A stretch of DNA of 64,000 nucleotides from Takakia lepidozioides (taxonomy: Eukaryota; Plantae; Bryophyta). Below the pieces are notes generated by a model that worked only from the letters and a program-made list of their open reading frames with translations, ran no database searches and was not told the origin of the DNA. Position 1 is the stretch's first letter, and each line of letters starts with the position of its first letter. This document shows, one piece after another, positions 49,986 through 61,058 of the stretch. The translations under genes and the position numbers were made by a program. The stretch is from assembly GCA_030704615.1 (NCBI GenBank), contig CM060731.1, positions 6,324,001 to 6,388,000 of the forward strand. Reading direction: 5' to 3'.

Positions 49986-51606
49986 GATGGCATGTTGCAG
50001 GCCAATCCATGGTTGACGGGCAACTTCCCTTATCGGGATGGGGTCCAATTCTCCCTTGGGTTATGTAACTCAAATATGTAGCAATGTGAATTACAAGTTG
50101 CTTGTGAGCTGAGAGATTGTTTTCGGAATTTGTATGTATGTAGCTTTGTTATTTGGCCGCAGATTATAATTCATAATCTATAATCTATCTTGCAAGCTAT
50201 GGCTGAAGAGGCTGTGGCTGTGGCCAAATTTGTTACTGTTCAATTGAATGTGCCTGGTGACTAGAATTCCCGCACTAGTGCTGTGGTGTATCACTTCACA
50301 AGGCGGGGAATTTCAATTTAATGTGTCTGGTTTTCTTTCTGTGATTGGTTTCTTGTTATTTGGAGTGTGTCTGCCTTCCTCTCTGATCACACAATCTGTT
50401 GTCCTCCCCCTTCTCATACCAACTGGTTGGCAAAGGTGCCTGGCTACGAAGATATGGCAAAACCTTATCATAAACCCTACAACTTGTCATACTTCCTGGT
50501 CCTTTCAAAGTTCCACACCCTCGTTTTGGATAAGAAAGTGGAGAAGATCATAGCTGTAAAAATAAGGCACATGATCCTCAACACGCTGAAGCCGGGCGCC
50601 ATTCTAGTCTGAGTTGCTAACAGCCTTCCAAACACAGTGGGACAATCAAGTGGAACAGCAGCAGACCTGCTATCATACTGTCTTGATTCCCTCTTCAAAG
50701 TTAAGCCATCCTTGCATATTGAACTGCATGCATTAAATCATACACACAAGTAATTTTTGGGCTTGGATGAAGTTGAGAGATACTATCAAACTCTCTGAAG
50801 AATTAGGCAGGCAGCACTACAAATCACATTTATGTGCTCAATTGAGCGAAGGTAGATTGCTTAGAGCTGCCATTACTGAGGTATATTCTGTTTAGTGAGT
50901 TGATTAGTGTCCTGACTTGGGGTACAGAACCAGCTTGTCTCCTGTAGAGAGGGGAATGATGGGAATGTTGTCTGTTGGCCTGGCTTCGGTCCGCCATACC
51001 AGGGATCTTCACCAAGGAGCTAGACTAATTACCATTGAGAGATGGAGACTTGTATTGTTGGTGTTCGATTGCAGTTTTGTAAATGAACTATTAGAGTCAA
51101 GCAAAGGAGGATAGAGGTACGCAACCGGATGTAGCCATACCATCCACCAGTTAGTCAAATTTCAGGCGCAGACTCTGTTAAAGCCACGCATGTTGGAGAA
51201 TTGTAGCACAAGCAGGAAAATCAATGGGCCTTTCAAAGCCATCTTTCTCACATAGAATGAATAACAGTAGACTGCCTGCACGAAGGTATTCTAGCAATTC
51301 CTATCAGAAACAGATAGCAAAATAGAGTGCATTGTTTTCAAAAACCACTGTCATGATATTGCTGCCTTACTCACAAGTTTAACAGCATACCTATCAGCAG
51401 AAAATGAACAAAGAACAGTAATGTGCATGCCCTCAATCCATGTCATGTGTCCATTGTGAGCTACTCGAGAAACCACAAGGGCAAATCCACATCACATGAC
51501 TTGGCTGGGCTAAATGAACAAGTACTGATGAAGAGACGAGACCTGTCCCCACAATGACAGCAACGAGTGGTAAAGTCCTCATAAGTGTACAGTATTCAGC
51601 TTGTAC

Positions 51607-54600
51607 CTAGTTGATATGTTTTCTTTTCTTCTTCTTAGGGCCTGCACCAGAAGAATCTGCATCCATCTTCAAGTTAGGTGGGGTCTTGACAGTATTAAGG
51701 GACTTGACAACAGGCCCCCGAGTGGTCAAGTTTGGAGGAGTCTTCACGGTGTTCAGTGACTTCACAACAGGGCCCCGAGCGGCCTTCACAACACCATCCC
51801 GTGGGATTGAGTTACTCTTATCATGGTGGCTCAGATCGTTGTCTTCATTCGTATCCAAGGGCTTGTGCACGACAACTCTCTTTGATGAGGGGGTACTTTC
51901 ACCTGGGCACTTGTCCATATCCTTGTCAATTGATACCTTAGAATCCGCCCTAGTGGTGGGCTTCTTTGCATACTCTGCACTCAATGCCTTGCGAGATCTC
52001 TTTCGTTCTCGTTTACGCTTCCCTGTTGCTTGAACATGTGGACTGACAAGGGCTACAGCTGGGGGGTTCAACACTGCTCCAAGAACAGGAGGGGTTGTTG
52101 CTAAGGCATGAGGTACATATACTACCATAGGTAATGGAGAACCACCATCCAATTGAGCTGGAATTGCGGGAATGGATATTGGCGGAGCAACAAGGGAGGT
52201 AGCAACTGGTGGAGTGACATGAAATATAGGATCTGAAACTTGTGAGGGGCCTCCACCTATGGTACTGTGCAACACAACTGTATCAGAATCAGACTGGGAG
52301 TCGGCCCCAGCATCAGTTTCAAATCCATGTGACCCCATTCTGAGTCTGATGAGAGGGTTGCCACATGTCCAGTATTTTGGGCACCATCTCTTTCAACCTT
52401 CACATCCACATAAGGAGGAACAACAGTGGATGGGATTGTCAAGTCCACAACATCTTCATGTGTACTTTGTAGCGTATGTGTCGTGACAATCTCTGGAACA
52501 AATGCAGCCTGCAGTGGAGATCCAGGAATCTTTTTTGGTGGAGAACCAGGAATGAGGAACTTCTTGACATAACCCTTTCCTGAAGCTGAAACCTCTTGCA
52601 TGATGGTATCAGGTGTGACATCAACCTCAGGGTTCAACGGATCACCAACAATTGGTGCAACGATCCCCGGCCGCGACAGCCCCAAAGGTGACATTTGAAG
52701 AGTTGACGAGCTTGGAGTTCGAGGGAAGTTTTGGTTCACAGCACTACCACCATGTCCACTTTGGCCTCCACTGTAGTTGGTGGTGAATGCGCTATAGTTG
52801 GTGGTGGCCTGAGATGGAGGTCCTGGTCTTCGTTTGTTGGCATCAATGAAGCCATCATCTGCTATCACACCTACACCATTACAACTGGTTTGAGAAGGCT
52901 GAATTATCACTTGGTGCCTACTGTCTACCAATACAACATTAACTGTAATTTGAGTCCAGACAAGTCATTGTAGTCCTTACCATTGGCCGAAGTCCCAACA
53001 GTTGGACTACAATAATTATGTGGGGAGTGCACAGTCCATCATAATGGACTTTTTGTCCCCCATATTAGACTTCCAAGTTCTATGCAGCTGATGGTGGGAC
53101 TACAAGCAAGATTCACACTCCCTAATTAGGACTCACACTCCATCTGGTCCATAACTCAGATTCCAAGTTGAGAAGCAAGCTCCTCAGTAAGGACTCGCAT
53201 TCCACATCCATTATTTTGCAGTTGGACTCACACTCCACATGATTAAGCACATGGACTGACCCTCCACAGGACTCTGATTCCAAACTGGAAATCAGTGGAA
53301 ATCATTAAGGACTCATACTCCCAATAATTAGTCAGCAAGTGGACTCACACTCCCCATGACTAAACACATCGACTCATACTCCACATGAGTCAGCACTTGG
53401 ACTCACACTCCACATGACTGAAGACTCAGAATTCCAGTTAAGAATGACACTCCTCAATAAGGACTCCCCAGTAAGGATTCACTCCACTAAAAGGACAAAT
53501 AATAACATTTGCAGTCCCACATTTAGACTCATAGTCAGTTGAAGGGGTTGAAGGTCCAATCTTGGGACTACAGTCCTGAGGATTGGACATGAAGAGGTAC
53601 AGCCTTGGACCACACAAGTTTTCTGAAGAAGAAAACATGGAAATGTTGCAATCAATCTTACCTGGAACTTGGGTGTTTCTAACCCTGGCTTCGTGAAGTT
53701 GCTTTGACATCCACCTTTGGCGCAGCTCAACCACTCTCAGCTTTTCCGCAAGTGCCTGCACCTCTGGGTCAAGAATCCTAAGCCCAAAACTAGAACACCA
53801 ATCAGGATGCATGATCTCTAAACAGCTGAAGTCCCTACACCTGTTTGACGTCTTCATATGGGATGCCATACAAGCAGGATGGTAAGTGTGCTTACAAGAT
53901 GCCACCACCATGTCCCAACAGTGGAAACCTTTGTGGCAAACAGGGCAAGGAGAGACCTTCAGGAAATCCTTGATGGACGTACTATCTTTGATCACTTGAG
54001 GATGACATATAGGCATAGGATAGATGACGAGTCCTTTGTCCCCATTTGTCAAGGCCTCAATCTGAGCTTGGATAAGACTCCTCTCTGTGTCAGCAACATC
54101 GACCACATTCTCTGCCACTCTAATGTCCCTGTCTTCCTGGTCCCCTGCATCACACAAAGCATTGAACTCTTTTTCGGTCTTATCAGCATTGAGCCAAAAT
54201 TCTGCTTCAATTGATTTCTTCTGGTCAAGTTCCCTTTGCATCTCAGACTGTCTTCCCTTTCCACAATTCAGTAACCCAACACTCTCTTCCCCTTTTTGCA
54301 TTAAGGTCTCTTCCCGGCTCGGATTGTGGCACCCTCGTGGGTGAGTTTGGCCTCTAGGTCTGCAATCTTGTTCCGACACTCTGCAAGACACCATTGTCTG
54401 TCTTCCATTTGCACCCGAACAGTCCGCGTCTTCTCCATCAAGTCCAACTTCCCTTTCTTTAACCTCTCCAACTCTTCCTTCCCCCCACACATCTCCTCAT
54501 ACTTCAAATCATGTAGTTCCTGAAGACTCGCTAGAGCAGTTGCCACATACTCTTGCTCATGTTTTTTCCTTTCCATCTCTGCAATCACTTGCTCAGGCAT

Positions 54601-55200
54601 TTGTTTCAGTCCTTCTTTGCCTCTACCTGGGGTTTTGCGTAGCCTGTCTTTCAATTCACAAACTCCTAGCTTTGGCTTACTGTCTGTGCTGCCAGGGTCA
54701 TTTGCTTCTCGATGCTCCTTCATTCTTTCTTGTTGCTTAGCTGTCCATGCCGCATATGCTGCCCAATTGAGTTTTTGTCCAGTCCTTTTTTCATAGACAA
54801 TGCCCCTTGCCATCAAGTTTGCAATGATACCACCGGTTGGCTTACAATCATACCCATGAACCTTACTCCATAGGTCCTCGATTTTGGGAATCATACTCTT
54901 GTCAGTACAACCCATGTAAAAGTAGCCATTCTTGTTTGCAGGTTGTCCAAACAACTTTGCACATTGTTCTTTGGTGATGTCTTTGTCTAAGAGAAGTTGT
55001 TTGGGATTCTTGCCTGTCGCATTCAGCTTGAGGACATCCCTGAAGTAATCTGCTGATTTGTGCCCCCCTCTTTCGCCCATAGTATCTTCAGATGCTGCAT
55101 TGGAACTCTTCCCATTCGTAGGTGAATTCTGTAACTTACTCCCCAACTGCACCATTGTTTTGAACCACTTCTTGAGTGCCCTACATACTCCCAGCCCCAC
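51607..55200 (-). CDS. Transposon accessory gene (frameshifted): PMD-like domain, coiled coil, RING-H2-like finger, disordered tail with NLS
   Basis: 54301-55200: LFG...KNGY.Y..C......IEDLW..VH...MARGIV.E..GQKLNWAAYA plus heptads. After a frameshift near 54330: CPVC-x13-CKHTYHPAC-x10-C-x4-C. Donor CCAG|gtaag at 53662/53661. Pro/Ser-rich ORFs 52257-52931 and 51607-52338 end in PKKKKRKH. The gene is convergent with the transposase. Confidence 0.65.
53000..53600 (+). repeat. GGACTCA(c/t)ACTCC motif array (~30-bp spacing) in the accessory-gene intron
   Basis: More than a dozen ggact(c/a) cores, e.g. ggactcacactccacatga, recur between about 53005 and 53480. Confidence 0.88.
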
Positions 55201-55986
55201 ATTCCCATTAAACTAGTTTTTTACAACTCCAGGTTGGTTATGTACGGAGACAGCAACATGAGGGGGCAAGGATGGAGCTACAAACCAACACCCTACCGAC
55301 ATTTCCAGCTTCATGAGAACCAACAACCAACAAAACAACAAACCAACAAACCTAAACCCTACTGACATTTCCAGCTTCATGACAACCATACTACCTAATT
55401 CTGACATGAAATTACCTTTTCAATCAGAGGCCAAGTCTGGATCGTCTATGGTTAACGCAAGTTACCCCTTCAAGAAGTGCAAGTGATCCACATAGATGAC
55501 AAACCTGCTTTCCACACACGTTTTCAAATTCTATATTCCCCCACATGGTGAAGTTTCAGAGAATCAACATTCACATATTGATGATATGCATTGCCATATT
55601 CCTCTTCGATCCCAACGAATGATTGACAGAAGGGACAAGTTCCTTCAATCTAGCGTCATGGTTCAGTTTAGGTAATTAGGTACGCAAGGATGAGCTGGGT
55701 TGTCACGTGCTACAACAACAAGAGACTACTCTACCCCTCTACCCCACATAGGCTATGAGGTACGCAATAAAAGTGAAAATATGAGTAGGGAACACCAGAT
55801 TGCACAAAAGCTAAGGGGGTGCCACACCTGTAATGCTTTTGCAAGATGTGGTGGGAGGTAGCGTGAGGGAGAGCCGCAGGCCACCTGCCATCCCGCAAAT
55901 CAGCTGCACAAACAGCTGAAACTTGTTGAATAGTAGCCCCACAAATGTGACAACATATGCAGGCAAGCAGATGGAATCAGAGGATA

Positions 55987-58900
55987 GTGAGCACCTTCTT
56001 GACGTTGAGAGTTTCGTGGCGGACTGTGTGTACGAGCCCGAGGTCTGTCTCTGGTTGACGGAGATGGTTGATCACTACCTGGATAAGTGAGGCCCTCTGG
56101 AGGCTGATATGGAGGTAACCTTTCCGGCATAGGAGACCCCCTTCGCTTCTTCTCTGCCATCTGAACTGCATAGTCTTCTCCCATGTCAAAAGAATTCGGT
56201 GAAGAAACAGTTGTATCAGAATCCTCATCGCCTCTCAGGTGTTTTAATTTTCGAACTTTTTGTGGAATCATCTGGGGCATACAATGCTGTCCTACCATGT
56301 CTGGAAGTTTGTATTTTACAACTTGGTGTAACCGCTGAACAGCAAAATTGGTGTAGACATTGAGCTCCTTGTCTGTCCAGGTGAGTGGGGTACCAATTAC
56401 TGGTGCAGCGTGCAAGTACTTCCATGCCACATGTCCCTTATAGAAAATGTCATCAATGCCGAATTTGTGTGTTGACAAATGGTTCCAGGCCGCTTGAAAC
56501 ATGAACGAATTTGAGAATCCTTTTGCATCATAACTTTTGGGTCATATAGGTACATATGAGGTGGTACCGAAGGTATACCCCATGACCTCCACTGGAATAA
56601 CTCAGAAAGCGTGTTTGCATCTTTTGTTGCTCAATGTGGTAACGTACCAGAAAACAAGCAGCGTAGTATAACCCGCACCCCATGACAATACTTGCTATCT
56701 CCTTGGTCTTGGTATAAATGAGTCCATGTACAACCTGGAAAGCAATCAATTCCCTCAACATGGTACCTGCCTCGTGCCAGTATTGTGCAAAGTGATGATC
56801 TTCAATATGTCGATTGTTCGGAAGAACTTTAGTCCTAGTTGCCACTGGCAGCCATATACGCATGATTTGGTAGTAATGTGCGAATGACTGCGGAGGACTA
56901 AATTCTTTCCAAGCCAAATCCAACATGATGGGAATTTGGTTGAAGGGCATAATCATAGCCCTACTGTACTCCCTGGCAGCTGGAGTTTTAGGTGGGTTAA
57001 AAGCGGCATTGCCCCATACCTCCGGCTGTGGTGGTTGTGGTGTGGTTGTAGTAACCACAGGTTTAGCTATTGGTACAGTGACTTGTTGTGGTGGTGGTGG
57101 TACTGGCTCCTGTATCATTGGCATCTCCTGCACCTCCTGTGAAGATTGAAAAGCCAAAGTTCTGGCTTGTAAATAAGAAGCCATTAGCTGTTCCTGAGGG
57201 ATATAGACTCTTTGGTCGATGTTTGAAGTGAGGTCTTCTATTTGAGTCTGGAGTCCATCTACATCCTCTTGTAACTCTGCTATCCTACTATAGACATTGT
57301 CTATAGTAGTTGTGGCAATGTTCTGCACCTGCAGCCTGAGCTCATTCATCTCGCTTTTCCGTGGTGTTTTGCCCTCTACTGGCCCTTGTGCTAACCAGAC
57401 CTGCATAAGGCTGTTATCCACCAAGTTGCTTGTGGTTCCCCTGAGAGTTTGCTCCTCTCTTAGCTTGTACAATTCCAACTGCTGTTGTAAAGCCTCCATG
57501 CGCTTCGCCTGAGGTTCAACCAATTGCGCATAAGCAGCAAGTAGATTATTGGCTTCCTTCCAAGCCTTGTTATTGACCGCGATTTCATTTCTATTGGCCA
57601 TGATGGTTTGTTGCAACTCCACGATGTGCTTCTCTTGATCAGCTTCAATCTGCCTGTATTGCTTGAAAGTATCTTCATTGCGACAGATTGTATTCTTCAT
57701 ATCGACAATGAGCTTCATTTGCTCAACATTCTCTTCTTCTGCCTTCGTACATTTTTCCGCTTGACTGTTTATTTCTTTTGTAGATTGGTCAAGCATAGTT
57801 GTAAATGTAGCACATTGTATTGTCATCCTGTTATGCACTGTCTGCAACTCCGTATGTAGTGCATTCAGTTCTTGCAACTTGCTTTCATGCTGCACCTGCA
57901 TTTGGTATAGCTGTTGCTTATGTGCTTCGTGCAACTGGTCTTGCGCGAGGCCTGCCTCAATCAATTGTTCCTTGGCCAATTTCAAAGCCATTTCTGTATT
58001 TCCCAAGTCCTGCTTCAACTTGAGAGTGACCTCTTCATCGACCTTGTTTGCACACTCAGTGGCTAGTCGAGCCTCAAACTCCTTCCTGAGTTCCTCTCTC
58101 AAGGCTGTCAATTGGGTAATTGGAACATGGGATTTGACATAAGTCCCCAACAAATTAAGTGTCCTGCCTATGGAACTCATCAGCATTGCCTGTTGAGGGT
58201 CATCATGGTGAGGTTGCTGTTCTTCCTCCTGATCTTCAACAGTGTGATGTCTCACGAACCATTCAGGCCATTGTCCCACCGGATTTTTCTTCCTGAACTA
58301 CTTCATCTATCACCGGTGCTACAGTGTCATGACCTTCCGCCTGTGGTACCTCCGACACAGGTGCGTGTATTATTTGCACCTCAGGATTTCCCTTGGGCAA
58401 CTATTGCACCTCTGGGATCTCTGTTTCCTTGACCAGACCAGAATATTCATAGAGAAGGTCCCCCTTCTCCATTTCTGCCACTATCTGTTCTGTAGTTGGA
58501 ATATCTAACCATTCTTTTTCCAAATCAATTATTTCTGGTTGAGCTGCATGGATAACTCGTGACCTTGTGACAAGTCGATCAGCTGGCTGTGGTGGTTGTG
58601 ATACAGAAGTAACTTCCTCCTCCCTCTCTGAAGGTCCTGCTTCCAGTAATAGCATTTCTCTGTGCTGTTGTGCCCCTTCCTGACCATGAGCTTGGGAAAC
58701 ATTATCATGCGGAGTCCGTGAAGCCAGTGGATCCGCCACTACAGTCTTTCCCCGTCTCTGCCTCTTAGTCTCGGGTTGCCCTGCTAGTCCACCCTCACTG
58801 TGTGAAGAGCCTTGCTCTTCCATTGCAGTTGTTTCTGGCTCAAACACTCCCATTTCCTTCCTTTCTTGTGCATCAAGTATGCCAGAATCAAGGATTATTT

Positions 58901-59495
58901 GAGCAATGATTGGGCCAGACACTATGATAGGAGACTTTGCGGTAGTACCTTGTAATCTTTTCATCTCCTCTACCAGCGCGTTGTACATTATGTCCGCCCA
59001 TTGTACCTCTTGTCCCTTCAGGCCTTTAAGTATTTCCTCCGTGAAGGATCTGCTCAAATACTGTTGGTTCTGTTTCATGGCAATCAGAACGTTCAATACC
59101 TGGCCTACCTCTTTTAACCCTGGGTACACAGCCTTGGTACAAGCATAACCCTGAGTTTTAAAGAAACTCCCTTCTTGGAATAAGTCCCCTATTTGCAGTC
59201 TTGCCCTGTTTTCTCCACATGCACCTGACCTGCTGGCAATCGAAACAATTGCTGGAGGTATAGGGAGTAATCATTAATTCTACTCCCTTCACCGTTGTTG
59301 TTCCTGTCCTTGGCTCAAAGTTCTGCAAAATTGTAACATGTACTGTCTATGGTGTAGTGTCCAATCTAGGCTTTGCAATCCTTGCAATCTCAGCTCCTCC
59401 AGTATCTGTATCGCCTGTGGGGTAGCAATTGTTTGTTTCTGCAGAATCATGGTGCTCTTCACCCTGATTTCCTCCATGCCTCTCACTCTCTTCAT
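55987..59495 (-). pseudogene. Copy A of a long single ORF (PMD/Transposase_32-like N-domain, acidic linker with NLS, coiled coil, Pro-rich linker, helical C-domain) of a gag/pol-less LTR element
   Basis: Joining frames gives MKRVRG..LEELRLQGL..LDW....YMLQF.QNFEPRTGTTTVKGVELMITP..LQQLFRLP...FKTQGY...KGQEVQWADIMYNAL...GPIIAQI, continuing through ORFs 58401-59129, 56528-58279 and 55900-56502. Confidence 0.75.
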
Positions 59496-60080
59496 TTAGA
59501 CTCACCGAACTGTTTTGGCTGTAACAACTGTAGGAATGCCTGTAGTGCACAAAGCATAAACGTATGGTTGCCGCAGAAAGCTATGGGTAATTTCTTGTAA
59601 GCCTGCGGGGCTTACAAGCATCGCTCAAGAGAAAAGCTCCGCTCTGTCTTTTCGTGTCTATGCCACTGCGTAAGTAATATTGCGAGCGTACAGTCTGTTA
59701 GTTCCTCCATAGTTTCCAAGGTATAGCATTGATGGTCTGTCCTGTCGAGACGCCCGTTACTCAGAACGACGCCGCCTCTTGCGCTCAATTTCCCTCCATT
59801 TTCTTGTTCCTTTCTCTGGTTTTCTATTGGCTGTATCCGCTGTGACTGGATTTTAGATTTTATCTTCTTTAGTGGACTTTCCCTGTTGGATAGTCCACTA
59901 GGATCACACATGTGACAAGAATTCCGCTTTTCTGTACTTGCCGTCTGTTCCGTTTCCCTTTTTCCGTACTCATTAATGGGCCCGCCTTTCATCCCTTTTG
60001 ACGGCCGTTCTTGTCCTCTTTCTTTTTGACACCTGTTCTTGCACTTCCTTCTTGGCTGTGTGTCGCGCCCTGACCTCCAC

Positions 60081-61019
60081 TGTCGCGCGGCTTTTACTCA
60101 CCCATCCCTTCGCTATACGAGGCGGAAACTCCAAGATAGAAGAGTTGGAAATCTCTAAGTACTCAGCCCGCGCAGAACAATCAGTCATGACCTACAGCTA
60201 GTGTATCATGGGGGTGTTTCCTATTTGTTTCCTTTTCCGCATTCATCTTAGCTACCTTACCATTGATAATTAAGTATCAGTTTGCTTCATCAATTTATCG
60301 GTTTCCTTAACTCCTCCATTCAATCCACAGCTTCACTCAGATCTCTCTACACAGTGTGATTGTATCGTATAAGTATCAGATTATGATTTATCAGGTATCA
60401 GGCCGAAGCCATTATGTCTCTATTCTTCTTTCCTATATCACTATAGCTTTGCATATAACAAGCATCTACTAATCCTCTTTTCTCCTTCATCGTGCTCTCC
60501 GATCTCCGCTCCCGCCTGACTCCGAAGTCCTCCCCGAATAATGATCCCCCTCTCCATTCCCCGTTTTCCCTTTTTCCTCCTCCTATCCGCGGTTCTAACC
60601 GTTTCCCTCTCTAACCGTCGTATGTGAACTAACATGTTCCCTTCACAGGTGTTGTTCCCCACAGTCGTTCCCTGTCCTACTCTTCGTTCCCTATTATCGT
60701 GACAGCTGTGTCAAGCGGTGACTGGCTGTGTTTGGCTGTGTCGGGCTGTGACTGGCTGTGTGGCTGTGCCGGGCTGTGACTGGCTGTGTGGGCTGTGTGG
60801 GCTGTGACGACTGTGACGGGCTGTGTGGGCTGTGACGACTGTGACGGCTGTGTTGGCTGTGTGGGCTGTGACTGCTGTGTCGGCTGTGTGGGCTATGTAA
60901 CCCCCCTCTACAGTGCGCTGCTGTCACCCCTAAGGTTCCTGTTTGTCTCAGTCTGTGCAAAATTAAGGGTACCCTACAGATCCCGTATAAGTGTCTAAGT
61001 CCCCTACAGTCCTCTAACA
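60081..61019 (-). mobile_element. LTR (~939 bp, TGT...ACA) shared between two tandem units
   Basis: On - the PPT GAGGGAGGAAGGGG-taaa (61037-61020) directly precedes TGTTAG. The end ...GCGCGACA is defined by the 30459-31509 copy and is followed by gTGGAGGTCAGG (PBS position; tRNA unidentified). It contains an ACAGCC array at about 60700-60900. Confidence 0.85.
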
Positions 61020-61058
61020 TTTACCCCTTCCTCCCTCAAAAAGCCGTGTCCTCACGGT

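Noticed and set aside
47400-53600. GGACT repeat arrays as possible CRISPR-like repeat-spacer arrays
   Set aside because: Units are degenerate tandem repeats without constant repeats or unique fixed-length spacers. The context is eukaryotic introns with no cas genes.
59696-59701. Alternative LTR end (CTAACA on -, a perfect inverted repeat of TGTTAG)
   Set aside because: Homology with the independent LTR copy ends at 60081/31509, which is followed by a TGG. No PBS-like sequence directly follows 59696.
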